Positions 20,681 to 30,664 of a stretch of DNA of 64,000 bases are shown in pieces; position 1 is the stretch's first letter; each line of letters opens with the position of its first letter. The stretch spans positions 1,888,001-1,952,000 of the forward strand of contig CAUVXB020000002.1 of the NCBI GenBank assembly GCA_963555825.3, in the 5' to 3' direction. This stretch comes from Alphaproteobacteria bacterium. GTDB taxonomy: Bacteria; Pseudomonadota; Alphaproteobacteria; JAAXGF01. Both the position numbers and the translations under genes were made by a program. The notes below the pieces were generated by a model that saw nothing but the letters and a program-made list of their open reading frames with translations, was not told the origin of the DNA and did not search any database.

Positions 20681-22100
20681 TGTATCGCACCCGGTTCCTT
20701 GGACACAAGTTTGTCTCATGCGGCGGGCCTGAGTGACATCGCGGTGTGCCACGCCTGACGAGCTTGAGCGGGGCTCAGGTAGCCGTTCTTCTCCACGATC
20801 CACTGGGCATTGTACTGTTCGACGAACCCGCGGACGGCGTTCCGCAGCTCCGCGATGTTGCGGTAGATGCGGCCATGGATGATCTGTTCCTTGAGCGTGC
20901 GATTGAACCTCTCGGCGACGCCGTTGGTCTGGGGCTGTTCGACGAAGGCGTAGGACGGCTGGATGCCCCAGAACTTGATCTGGTTGGTGAAGTGGTCCGA
21001 CAGATACTGGGAGCCGTGATCCATCCGCAAGGCCAGCCCCCGCGCCGCACCGGCGGAGGTCGAGGCATACAGCCTCGCAAGCCCCATGGAGATCGGCTGA
21101 AGGGCGGCGAAGCGGTCGCCTCGCTTGCACACATGCCAGCCGACGCACTCGGCGTTCCAATGCTCGATGGCGGTGAATATCCAGCCCCAGCCGTCGTCCA
21201 CCGTGAACACCCGAACGCCGTCCGTGCCCCACATGAGGTTGGGGGCATGGGTGATGATCTCACCGACATGGGGATTTCCGCCACGGCGGCGGCAGCGATG
21301 GGGCGAGAGCAGGTTGTTCTCGCGCATCACCCGGAGCCCCCGCTTGCGGGAAACACGGATGCCACGACAGACCCGAAGCCGAGCCCAGACCTTGCGGTGT
21401 CCCTCGCCCTCCCAGGGGGATGCCTCCAGGTCGGCCTCGATGGCCACCAGCAGAGCCTCGTCCGAGATCGAGGGCTTCGGTCCCCGGCGCTTTGCTGGTG
21501 GGCGCTCAGCGGTGGCCTGCTGCCGGGATTTCATGGCGTAGAACGAGGAACGGGCAAAACCCCAGGCCGCACAGACCCGCTGGAGGCCGTAGGCCAAACC
21601 CGTGCCGGGAGAGGTGGCGGCACTCATCGCCGCGACCTCCGCCGCCCCAAAGGGCCGGACGTCTCCGTCTTGGCCTCCAGCAGTTCCACCTGCATGATCA
21701 ACTCCCCGATCCGCTTCATGGCGATGTCCAGTTCCGCCTTCACCGGATCGCCCTTGCGTTCCTTGAGCGAGGCATCGATCCCGGCGATCGCCTTCTCACG
21801 CCACTGCTCGAGCCGGAAAATCTCCACGCCCAACTGCCGCGACAAAAGTTCCACCGGCTCGCCACGCAAAAGCCGCAGGGCAACCTCACGCTTGCGCGTC
21901 ACCGTCCACCGCTGGCCAAGTCCCAGCGGGCCTGCCGGCGAAACCTGGCCCGGGGAAAACGTGGACGAGCCAAGCTCGCCCTCGTTTACCACAGGCCCAT
22001 CAACAGCAACTTTGTTCTCAAAATTGTCGGTCATGTTCCGGTCCTCCTTGGACACTTCGATTAAGCCAATTCTGTGTCCAAGGAAATCGGGTCCGACTCA
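20681..22100 (-). mobile_element. IS3/IS481-superfamily element copy 2 (orfA 21624-22055, orfB 20716-21627)
   Basis: 1420 bp, near-identical inverted copy of 15520-16939 (V to G change in orfB); no flanking duplication seen. Confidence 0.9.
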
Positions 22101-22422
22101 CAGTCGGTTGTGCATGGTGTAATTTCGTATTGGAAGAATGTGCGCGGTGTATGACCGGCCTCACTCCCGAGAACGTCTCCGCTGATAACACGAACCTGTG
22201 CGCCTATTGTGATCACATTATGTCTAAAGATGATTAGAGTCGGCTTGGTCTGCCATGCAGTGTCTGCCGGTTGATTTAAAGGCAGGGTTGGCACCAAGGA
22301 ACTCATCATTGCCCGGATGGAAAGGCCCCGGTCTTCAAAGCACGGTCTCGAAGCCTTCGAACAACACCCGCGCGTTAACCGCCGGTCTGGCGGCACACGG
22401 CCCAATTGGCTAATGTGCTGCC

Positions 22423-22620
22423 ATGTCTTTCCTCCTTCGCCAAATCGCCCGCTACGCGACACAAAAACTAGCCTCCGATCCCCGGGCGAGGGAAAAGGCG
22501 GCCAAGGCCGCGCGCGTCGTCGTCGACGAGGCCAGGCAGATCGCCCGCGGGGAAGACAGAGCCCGCGCCGCCGGGCGGGCCCTCCGTCGCGTCATGAATA
22601 AGATGCAGGGCGATCGATAG
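22423..22620 (+). CDS. Small hypothetical protein
   Basis: 65-aa ORF with ATG start and plausible helical composition. Confidence 0.45.
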   Translation: MSFLLRQIARYATQKLASDPRAREKAAKAARVVVDEARQIARGEDRARAAGRALRRVMNKMQGDR

Positions 22621-22887
22621 AATTCCAAATCAGTGAATCAGTGTTGCCAAGCGCGCGGGGGCCATCTCGACCGAGACAGCCGTGCGAAAGCCCGCAGCCT
22701 CGAGCCCAATGTCCAGGCCCCCGGCTCCGGTGGAGACCAGCCCCTGTATGACGCTTCCACCAAATGAAGGGTTTTCAGCCCGGAAAGGTCAAACCCCGTC
22801 TGACGCTGACGACTACAAGGGCGCTCCGGGTAAATTCGAGAAATACTTCAGCCTGGAAGCAGGGAGCACGGGCTAAGGGGATGACGC

Positions 22888-23130
22888 CTACCGATAGCGC
22901 AAATTCTCTCGGCTGAGGTCCGACACTTTCGTCACTCCCATCAGCTTCATGTCGCGCTCGATCTCCGTCCGCATATTGCCCAGCGCCATCTCGACCCCCG
23001 ACAGCAGCGAGCGCGTAGAGATACATGCGACCGCCGGAGCAGGCCTTGGCGCCCGCCGCGAGCGCCTTCAGCACATGGGTGCCGCGCCGGATTCCGCCGT
23101 CACAGATCACGTCCAGCTTGTCGTCGCCGG
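22888..23130 (-). pseudogene. C-terminal remnant of FMN-dependent alpha-hydroxy acid dehydrogenase (LldD-like)
   Basis: ICDGGIRRGTHVLKALA.GA motif, then a frameshift into EIERDMKLMG; no N-terminus. Confidence 0.8.
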
Positions 23131-23572
23131 CGCGCCGCGGGTCGCGGGGTCACTTCCGATATTTCTTTCCGGTGTCGGTCAAGCCGCGATCGGCCTCCAA
23201 GGCGGCTTCGATATGGACGCAGGAAGCCTCCGCGTCGCGGAACGCCATGAGTTTTTCGATCGGAAACTCAACCGCGCCAATATTCGTCCGGTCCTTCAGG
23301 CGGTCTTTCTTGTAGTTGTGCTTCTTGCTTGTCATCGCACCCTCCAATCCGATGCCCCTCCAATCCGATACAATGAGTATACCCACATGGCCTTCCCGAC
23401 GATAGGACGGCAAGGCATTCACAGACCTCAAGCGGAAATTGCCTAATCTCTGCAATTGGTTATCAGTGGCCATAAAGCCATTCGGGCGCCGGCGTCGGCA
23501 CCGGCGTCGAGGTATTGGTCTCGTGGCTCATCATGGCAACATGCCCCAGGTCCGCTTTGGTCAACGGCCCGC

Positions 23573-24814
23573 CTACCGCGTCATGGCGACGATCTCGATT
23601 TCGGTCATCAGGCCTTCGAGCGCGAGATAGGGCAGCGGCACGCCGGTCGCGGCGCCCGCCGGCTCGGTGTAGTAGGACGAGCGCTGCACCTGGACGGGCA
23701 CGATGACCTCGCGCCCCGCCGCGCCGGCGTAGAAACCGTTCTGCTTGACCATGTCGTCGAAGCCGAGGCCGAATTCGGCGAGCACGCCCTGGATGTACTC
23801 CATGGTGCGCTTGGTCTGGGCGACCAGATCACCCGGCAACAGCACCGCGCCGTGCTGATCGAGCGCCACCTGGCCGCCGACGACGACGATGTCGCGGCAT
23901 TTGACGCCCATCTTGTAGGGCATCGGCACCGGCCAGTCCCAGGTGCCCTCGGGCCAGGCATGCTGGCGCGGAATATAGGCGCCGTCGGCGCCGCGCATTG
24001 CCCAGAGTTCCATGCGAGTCATCTCGCCGGCCGGCAGGTTGGGCGTCGGCAACGCGGTCGCGCCGGGGCCGGGCTCGGTGAAATAGCTGGCGCGCAGCAC
24101 CGCCGCGTCCTGCCAGGTCTCGCGCGTGCCGTCGCCGTTGAACCAGATGTTGAACTTGATGGCGTCGTCGAAGTCAGCGCCGAATTCGTCGAGCACGCTC
24201 GCGATGCCCGCCATCGCCATCCTGGTCTGCGGCAGGATGGCGCCGGCGTCCGTGATGGCGCCGTCAGGTGTCCGCGCCGATTGGCCGGCGACCCAGATAT
24301 GCTCGCCGCAGCGCAGGCCCTGGCTGAACGGCGCGGGCAGCGGCGCCAGGATCGACGGGTTGGCCGCGCTGCGCTCGAGATGCGCGCCGTCGACGCCGAG
24401 CATGGCGATGGCCTCGATCTCGACCAGCATCTCGGGATAGGCGAGCCACGGCAGCGGCACCGCGGTGATCGCCGGCCCGACGCCGCCGGGCGCGCCGCCC
24501 AGCGCGATGACGTGGCGGCCGACGTCGGCCAGGAAGGCGCGCTCGTCGACGCTGCCGTCGTTGGCGTAGAAGGCAACCAGCTTGGTGACATCGCCGAGAC
24601 CGGCGCCGAAACCCTCGAGCACGGTGTCGATGTGGCCGACGACGGTCGCGGTCTGCGCCGCCAAATCGTAAGGGTTGAGCCGCTCTCCCGCCGCGTCCTT
24701 GTCGACCTGGCCGCCGACGAAGATCATCTCGCCGGCGCGCACGCCGTGCTTGTAGGCCAGGTGCTCGGGCCAGTCCCAGTGGCCATCGGGCCAGACGAAG
24801 CTGCGGTCCGCCAT
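23573..24814 (-). CDS. RidA/YjgF-family protein with three tandem domains
   Basis: Three repeats of G.R.G..I.V.GQ...QT.....I..VL..FG, each ending in an E-I-E-like strand. Confidence 0.85.
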   Translation of the reverse strand: MADRSFVWPDGHWDWPEHLAYKHGVRAGEMIFVGGQVDKDAAGERLNPYDLAAQTATVVGHIDTVLEGFGAGLGDVTKLVAFYANDGSVDERAFLADVGRHVIALGGAPGGVGPAITAVPLPWLAYPEMLVEIEAIAMLGVDGAHLERSAANPSILAPLPAPFSQGLRCGEHIWVAGQSARTPDGAITDAGAILPQTRMAMAGIASVLDEFGADFDDAIKFNIWFNGDGTRETWQDAAVLRASYFTEPGPGATALPTPNLPAGEMTRMELWAMRGADGAYIPRQHAWPEGTWDWPVPMPYKMGVKCRDIVVVGGQVALDQHGAVLLPGDLVAQTKRTMEYIQGVLAEFGLGFDDMVKQNGFYAGAAGREVIVPVQVQRSSYYTEPAGAATGVPLPYLALEGLMTEIEIVAMTR

Positions 24815-24842
24815 GACGCTCTCCCTTGTTCGCTAGACCATT

Positions 24843-25009
24843 GTCCGGTCATCTTTACGCGGTAAAGATGACCTGCGCTCACTCGCCGCGCATGCCACTC
24901 TTATGGGATCGAGGGTGGCCGAACGGTCGGCGGCCCCCCTCTTGTCCCAGTAAGGTTGGCGCGGGCTGGCAGGTTTCGACCGATGCCAATCGATCGGATT
25001 CTGCATTAG
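24843..25009. repeat. Palindromic intergenic repeat family, copy D
   Basis: GGTCATCTTTACGCGGTAAAGATGACC hairpin then TGCGCTCACTCGCCGCGCATGCC...ATCGATCGGATTCTGCATTAG. Confidence 0.85.
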
Positions 25010-25251
25010 TCACAGCTATACACCCGGGCGCCGCGCCGGGCCATGGCGCCGCACCGTCGGACGGGCGCGGTTTCTCGTTTTGATGCGCTAAACAGACCCC
25101 CGGGACAACCCACCGACGCTTTTCCGAGAGCCCTGGGACATTTTTCCTGGGAATAGACAACTCATTGAAATGGAGTGATTAATTGCCTTCAGGAACGACC
25201 ATCGGCGGCGCCAAGAGCGCGCCGTCGTCGAATCGCCGAAGTAATGGATGC

Positions 25252-25400
25252 TTGACAGCCCGGGGCCGCATCACCAGACTCCCGCGGCTGTCCAGAGACA
25301 AAGGGGCCAACACGGGTTATGCGGACCCATGTTGGCCCAGTCAGGGAGGACACGCCAAAATGATCCGGGGGGTCGATGCGGATGGTCGTTGACCCCCCTA
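25252..25400 (+). ncRNA. Candidate small RNA with sigma-70 promoter
   Basis: TTGACA-N17-CAGACT at 25252-25280, then two strong hairpins (25304-25338, 25367-25398) in a gene-free interval. Confidence 0.4.
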
Positions 25401-25850
25401 ATCATTACAGTGACTTAACACGACGTTCTTTACAAATTAAGTAAAGAATCGCCCGCATCTTCACTATTTTGCGTCGTCCAAAGCCGGTCGATTTCGCGCA
25501 TCGGCGGGCGGTCGCGCGGTGATCTCGCGCGCGCCGGAACGGGCTTGACGCCGACCCGCCCGGATCGATTGTTTCCTTCTATGTCAGTTACTTAGTCGAG
25601 GCTCGACGCATCGGCTTCGGTGCCGGCCGACGGATCCATCGAGGTCCACTGCCCGCCGCCTCAGCCGTGGCGAGACCGTCCCGGACGCCCCGGCGGCGAA
25701 TAAAAATTATCGGGCCGCACCGAGCGCCGCCCACCGGATCGTCTGGCCGGCATCGCAGGCGCCGGGGACGCCGGCCGCCGGATGGCGGAAAAACTGGCCA
25801 ATTCTGGAAATTTTTCATGAATTATCAACGACTTACCGGGACGGTAAGAC

Positions 25851-25925
25851 TGGTTGGGGCGGCAGGGATCGAACCTGCGAATGCCGGTACCAAAAACCGG
25901 TGCCTTACCACTTGGCTACGCCCCA
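25851..25925 (-). tRNA. tRNA-Gln(TTG)
   Basis: TGGGGCGTAGCCAAGTGGTAAGGC...CCGGT-TTTTGGT-ACCGG...GGTTCGATCC...CCA. Confidence 0.95.
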
Positions 25926-26061
25926 TCCATGGCGCCCTCGCCGGCGCCGCGATCATGCCCGCAAACCGCCGCCATTCGCAAGCCTTCACTCGATCGGTCC
26001 GCGGCCCCGCCACCGCCATGCCGCGGGACAGCGTGAACGATGCTGCTCTAGCGAGATATTG

Positions 26062-26158
26062 TGCGATGCACTCTGTTTTCATTGCACCGCATCATTATTC
26101 TACTATTTAGTTCTTGAACTCGCTGATAAAATTGATAAAACAATTGTATTGCACCGCA
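26062..26158. promoter_or_regulatory. Three TGC-N3-GCA boxes (PhaR/AniA-like) in an AT-rich promoter region
   Basis: TGCGATGCA 26062-26070, TGCACCGCA 26083-26091 and 26150-26158. Confidence 0.5.
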
Positions 26159-26228
26159 ATAGTAAATGAGCGGGGATGGCGCTGCCGCGCCCGATGCTGG
26201 ACTACCGATTGACCTGGAGAGCAGAGAG

Positions 26229-26315
26229 ATGAACGTCATTAAGCAGCACAAAGCCGCTGTCGTCCTCGTTAGCGCCTTCGCCATCATGATCGTCATCAGG
26301 GTGCTCACCTCCTGA
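26229..26315 (+). CDS. 28-aa single-pass membrane peptide
   Basis: MNVIKQHKAAVVLVSAFAIMIVIRVLTS with purine-rich GGAGAG upstream; below ORF-track cutoff. Confidence 0.55.
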   Translation: MNVIKQHKAAVVLVSAFAIMIVIRVLTS

Positions 26316-26397
26316 GCCCCAACGCACCCCTTCGACCGACGCCCGGCCGCGCCTCGCTGCCGGGCATCGTCGTTTTGGGCGCGGCGTTGGCACGCCG

Positions 26398-26528
26398 CTA
26401 GAGCATAATCCGACCGATTCGAATCGGCCGGATTATGCCAGCCCGCGACTGCGGGCCGCCGACCGTTCGGCGAGAGCCTGCGCGGCGAATGAGCGCCGGT
26501 CATCTTTACTGCGTAAAGATGACCGGAC
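26398..26528. repeat. Palindromic intergenic repeat family, copy E (reverse orientation)
   Basis: CTAGAGCATAATCCG...CCAGCCCGCGAC..CGACCGTTCGGC...GGTCATCTTTACTGCGTAAAGATGACC. Confidence 0.85.
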
Positions 26529-26534
26529 GATACC

Positions 26535-27962
26535 CTATTCCACCCGGCCGTAGGCGTCGTCGAAGCGTGTGATGTCGTCCTCGCCGAGATAACCACCGCA
26601 CTGGACCTCGACGATCTTTAGCGGCACCTTGCCCGGGTTCTCCAGGCGGTGGCGCGCGCCGATCGGTATATACGTCGATTCGTTCTCGCTCAACAGCCGC
26701 TCATCGTCGTCGCAGGTGATGCGCGCGGTGCCCTCGATGACGACCCAGTGCTCGCTGCGGTGATGGTGCATCTGTAGCGACAGTCGGGCGCCCGGATTGA
26801 CCGTAAGTTCCTTGATCTTGAAGCGCGGCCCGGCGAGCAGCACGGCAAACGCGCCCCACGGCCGGCGCTCGGTGAGATGGGCGGTGGCCTCGTTGCGCCC
26901 GGCCGCCTTGAGCCGCTCGACGATCGCCTTGATCCCGTCGGTGTCGTTACGATCGGCGACCAACACCGCGTCGGCGGTCTCGATGACCACCAAGTCCTCG
27001 ACGCCGGCGCAGGCGACCAGCCGGCCGTCGGCGCGCACCACCGAGCCGCGCGCGTTCTCGAGCAACACGTCGCCGCGCACGGCGTTGCCGTCAGCGTCCT
27101 TATCGCTGATCTCCCATAGGCGGTGCCATGAGCCGACGTCGGACCAGCCGATGTCAACGGGGATGACCGCGAGCGCGTCCGAGCGCTCCATCACGGCCGT
27201 GTCGATCGGCACGGAAGGCACCTTGCGATAGGTCTCGGCCGGCACGCGGTAGGGCGCCGCCGCGATGTCGGCGCCGGCCATCGCGGCGCGCACCGCGTCG
27301 AGCACCTCGGGCGCGGCGCGGGCCAATTCGTCGAGGATGGCCGACGCCTTGAACACGAACATGCCCGAGTTCCAATAGCAGTCGCCGGCGTCGATCAGAC
27401 GCGCGGCCTCGGCCGCGGGCGGCTTCTCGATGAAGCTCGCGACGTGGTAGGCGCCGTCGACGCCGTCGAGCGCCTCGCCGGCCCTGACGTAGCCCAAGCC
27501 GCTGTCGGGTCCGGTCGGCTCGATGCCGAAGGTGGCCAGCATGTCCCGCTCGGCCGCAATGCGCGCCGTCGCCACCGCTTCCGATAGTCGCTCGGGATGA
27601 CGGATCGCGTGGTCGGCCGGCGCGACCCAGAGCACCGGGTCGTCGAAACGCGCTTGCGTATAGAGTGCGGCGAGCGCGACCGCAGCCGCGGTGTTGCGCC
27701 CGCCCGGCTCGGCGATGACGTGGTTCGCGAGACCCGCGTCGATGTCGCCGAGCTGGTCGAGCACCGGGAAATACTGGGCCTCGGTGGTCACGGTCACGAC
27801 CTGGCCGGCCGGCGCGACGGCGAGCGCGCGGTGCGCGGCGAGCTCGAGCAGCGAGCCCTCGCCGGTCAGGTCCAGGAGTTGCTTGGGATAGATTTCGCGA
27901 CTCGTCGGCCACAGGCGTGAGCCGACGCCGCCCGCCAGAAGCACCGGTACCAGTGTCGTCAT
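26535..27962 (-). CDS. manC: Mannose-1-phosphate guanylyltransferase / mannose-6-phosphate isomerase
   Basis: LAGG.GSRLWP.SR..PKQ, WNSGMF, GWSDVGSW, RPWG, LSLQMHHHRSEHW. Confidence 0.95.
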   Translation of the reverse strand: MTTLVPVLLAGGVGSRLWPTSREIYPKQLLDLTGEGSLLELAAHRALAVAPAGQVVTVTTEAQYFPVLDQLGDIDAGLANHVIAEPGGRNTAAAVALAALYTQARFDDPVLWVAPADHAIRHPERLSEAVATARIAAERDMLATFGIEPTGPDSGLGYVRAGEALDGVDGAYHVASFIEKPPAAEAARLIDAGDCYWNSGMFVFKASAILDELARAAPEVLDAVRAAMAGADIAAAPYRVPAETYRKVPSVPIDTAVMERSDALAVIPVDIGWSDVGSWHRLWEISDKDADGNAVRGDVLLENARGSVVRADGRLVACAGVEDLVVIETADAVLVADRNDTDGIKAIVERLKAAGRNEATAHLTERRPWGAFAVLLAGPRFKIKELTVNPGARLSLQMHHHRSEHWVVIEGTARITCDDDERLLSENESTYIPIGARHRLENPGKVPLKIVEVQCGGYLGEDDITRFDDAYGRVE

Positions 27963-28173
27963 GCGCGCCCTTTCCGCCGCCCGGCGGCGCGGCCGGGAAT
28001 CGGCCGCACGCCGGGGCGCCCCGGCCTTATCGCAAGCCACTCCCCGAGGGTCAAGGGCCAAGCCGGCGGTGGCGCCGCTGTTCATGCTGCGCTGCAAAAG
28101 GGCGTTGCCAGATTCGCGCGCAGGGTTCAAAGTGGCGTCGCAGCCAAATCCCGAACACAAGCGACCGTGCATC

Positions 28174-29115
28174 ATGGCCTCGACCAAGGTACCTGTTTCC
28201 GTCCGCGATCACGGGCTCGCCGCGTATCTCGACGAGGTCCGCAAATACCCGATCCTCGAGCCGGACGAGGAATACATGCTGGCCAAGCGCTGGCAGGAGC
28301 ACGGCGACTCCGAGGCGGCGCGCCAGCTGATCACCAGTCATCTGCGCCTGGTCGCCAAGATCGCGCTCGGCTACCGCGGCTACGGATTGCCGCTCGACGA
28401 CGTCATATCGGAGGGCAACGTCGGCCTGATGAAGGCGGTCAAACGCTTCGACGCGGAGCGCGGCTTCCGGCTCTCGACCTACGCCATGTGGTGGATCCGC
28501 GCATCGATCCAGGAATACGTCTTGCGCTCGTGGTCGTTGGTCAAGACCGGCACCACGGCGGCGCAGAAGAAGCTGTTCTTCAACCTGCGCAAGATCAAGG
28601 GCCATATCCAGGCGATCGACGACGGCACCCTGCCGCACGACGCGGTCAAGCAAATCGCCGAGCGGCTCGACGTGCCCGAACAAGACGTCATCGAGATGAA
28701 CCAGCGGCTCAGCGTCGCCGACCAGTCGCTCAACGCGCCGCTCAAGGAAGAAGGCGACGCCGAGTGGCAGGACCGGCTGGTCGAGCCGTCGAGCGACCAG
28801 GAAACGGTGTTCGCCGAGGCCGAGGAGCTCGGCATGCGGCGCGAGCTGTTGAACGACGCGATCGAGGTGCTCGACGCGCGCGAGCGCCGTATCTTCGTCG
28901 AGCGCTGCCTGACCGAGGACCCGATGACCCTCGAAGAACTCAGCCAGGAGTACGGCGTCAGCCGCGAACGCGTGCGCCAGATCGAGGTGCGCGCCTTCGA
29001 GAAGGTCCAGGCGCATATGCTCAACGCGGCGATCACCGCAGGCATCGCCGACCGCGAACGGCTGATCGAATGGCGCAGCAAGGGCCGACATGGCGGCGCC
29101 GCAGGGGCGCCGTAA
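28174..29115 (+). CDS. rpoH: RNA polymerase sigma-32 factor RpoH
   Basis: SHLRLVAKIA.GYRGYGLP, EGNVGLMKAVKRF, QKKLFFNLRK. Confidence 0.93.
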   Translation: MASTKVPVSVRDHGLAAYLDEVRKYPILEPDEEYMLAKRWQEHGDSEAARQLITSHLRLVAKIALGYRGYGLPLDDVISEGNVGLMKAVKRFDAERGFRLSTYAMWWIRASIQEYVLRSWSLVKTGTTAAQKKLFFNLRKIKGHIQAIDDGTLPHDAVKQIAERLDVPEQDVIEMNQRLSVADQSLNAPLKEEGDAEWQDRLVEPSSDQETVFAEAEELGMRRELLNDAIEVLDARERRIFVERCLTEDPMTLEELSQEYGVSRERVRQIEVRAFEKVQAHMLNAAITAGIADRERLIEWRSKGRHGGAAGAP

Positions 29116-30046
29116 GGCGCCGGCCGGCGCCGCGCCCGATTGGCTCGCCGGCCTGTTCGCCGGCGACCGCGCGGCGCTGTCGCGCGCCATCACCGCGGTC
29201 GAGAACGGCACCGGCGAGGCGGCCGGCGTGGTCGCCGCAATCCACCCACACCTGGGCCACGCCAAGGTCGTCGGCATCACCGGCGCGCCCGGCGTCGGCA
29301 AATCGACGCTGACCGGCGCCTATGTCGCCGAGCTCCGGCGCCGGGAACTGCGCGTCGGCGTCGTCGCGGTCGACCCGTCGAGCCCGTTGACCGGCGGCGC
29401 AATGCTGGGCGACCGCATTCGCATGACCGTGCATGGTTCCGACCCCGGGGTCTTCGTCCGCAGCGTCGCGGCGCGCGGCCATCTGGGTGGCCTGTCGCGC
29501 ACGACGGCGCGCGTCATCGACGTGATGGATGCCGCCGGCAAGGACGTCGTCATCGTCGAGACCGTCGGCGCCGGCCAGTCCGAGGTCGAGATCGCCGGCC
29601 TGGCCGACGTCAACCTGGTGGTCTCGGCTCCCGGGCTGGGCGACGACGTCCAGGCAATCAAGGCGGGCATCCTCGAAATCGCCGACATCTTGGTCGTCAA
29701 CAAGGCCGACCAGCCGCTCGCCGAGCGTACCGCGCGCCAGCTCGAACGGCTCGCCGGTCAGGCCACCGTGCTGCGCACCGTGGCGACCAGCGGCGCCGGC
29801 ATCGCCGAACTCGCCGATGCGATCACCGCGCGTTGGGTCGACGGCGCTGGCGGTCGCCGTGCGAGCCCCCGGCGACGCGCCCGGCGGCTTATCGTCGCGG
29901 CGGCGGCCGACCGCGTGCGGACCGCGCTCGAGGCGCTCGACGACAAGGCGATCGAAGCGCTATGCGACGCCGTGCTCGATGGCTCGCTCGACATCGACGA
30001 GGCGGCCCAGCGTGGCCTCGAGCTGATCGCCAAGAACGGCCGATGA
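29090..30046 (+). CDS. meaB: MeaB/ArgK-family GTPase
   Basis: GITGAPGVGKST, AVDPSSP.TGGA.LGDRIRM, ETVGAGQSE, NKAD. Confidence 0.92.
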   Translation: MAAPQGRRKAPAGAAPDWLAGLFAGDRAALSRAITAVENGTGEAAGVVAAIHPHLGHAKVVGITGAPGVGKSTLTGAYVAELRRRELRVGVVAVDPSSPLTGGAMLGDRIRMTVHGSDPGVFVRSVAARGHLGGLSRTTARVIDVMDAAGKDVVIVETVGAGQSEVEIAGLADVNLVVSAPGLGDDVQAIKAGILEIADILVVNKADQPLAERTARQLERLAGQATVLRTVATSGAGIAELADAITARWVDGAGGRRASPRRRARRLIVAAAADRVRTALEALDDKAIEALCDAVLDGSLDIDEAAQRGLELIAKNGR

Positions 30047-30657
30047 TCCTGGTCGGCCAGAACGATTCGCCCTTCGTGCGCCGCGTCGCGGTAACCATGC
30101 GGCACTATGGCATGGCGTATGAGCGCAAGCCGTTATCTGTCTTCGCCGATTATGACGCGGTGCGCGCGCTCCACCCTATGGGACGCGTGCCGATTCTGGT
30201 GCTCGACGACGGTGAGACGTTGGCCGACAGCGCGGCGATCCTCGATTACCTCGACGAGACCGTCGGGCCGGAACGCGCGCTGACGCCGGCGAGCGGCCCC
30301 GGGCGCCGCCGCGTGCTCGGCCTCGCGACCCTGGCGGCGGCGGGTTGCGAGAAGAGCGCCGCGCTGGTCTACGAGCGCGAGAAGCGGCCGGCCGACAAGG
30401 TGTGGGACGACTGGGCCGCCCGGCTCGAGGGCCAGATCGCCGCCGTGCTAACGCATCTCGACGGGCTCGATCCCGCGCCCTGGCTCGCCGGACCGGCGAT
30501 GACCCAGGCCGACGTCGGCGCGGCGGTGCTGCACCGCTTCCTCGGCTACTACCACCCGCATCTCGCACCGGCCGGGCGTTATCCGACGCTCGACGCCCTC
30601 GCCGCCCGCTGCGAGGCGCTGCCGGCGTTTCAGGCCGTGCCTTTCGTCGAAGGCTGA
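30043..30657 (+). CDS. Glutathione S-transferase family protein
   Basis: SPFVRRV, PMGRVPIL, DSAAILDYLDE. Confidence 0.9.
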   Translation: MILVGQNDSPFVRRVAVTMRHYGMAYERKPLSVFADYDAVRALHPMGRVPILVLDDGETLADSAAILDYLDETVGPERALTPASGPGRRRVLGLATLAAAGCEKSAALVYEREKRPADKVWDDWAARLEGQIAAVLTHLDGLDPAPWLAGPAMTQADVGAAVLHRFLGYYHPHLAPAGRYPTLDALAARCEALPAFQAVPFVEG

Positions 30658-30664
30658 CAACGCC

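Noticed and set aside
15520-22100. Composite transposon bounded by the two inverted IS3-like copies
   Set aside because: Copy 1 has its own flanking duplication inside IS256 and no shared TSD brackets the pair.
11966-23450. Prophage or ICE at tRNA-Arg
   Set aside because: No integrase, structural or conjugation genes and no attR seen; only a decayed island can be supported.
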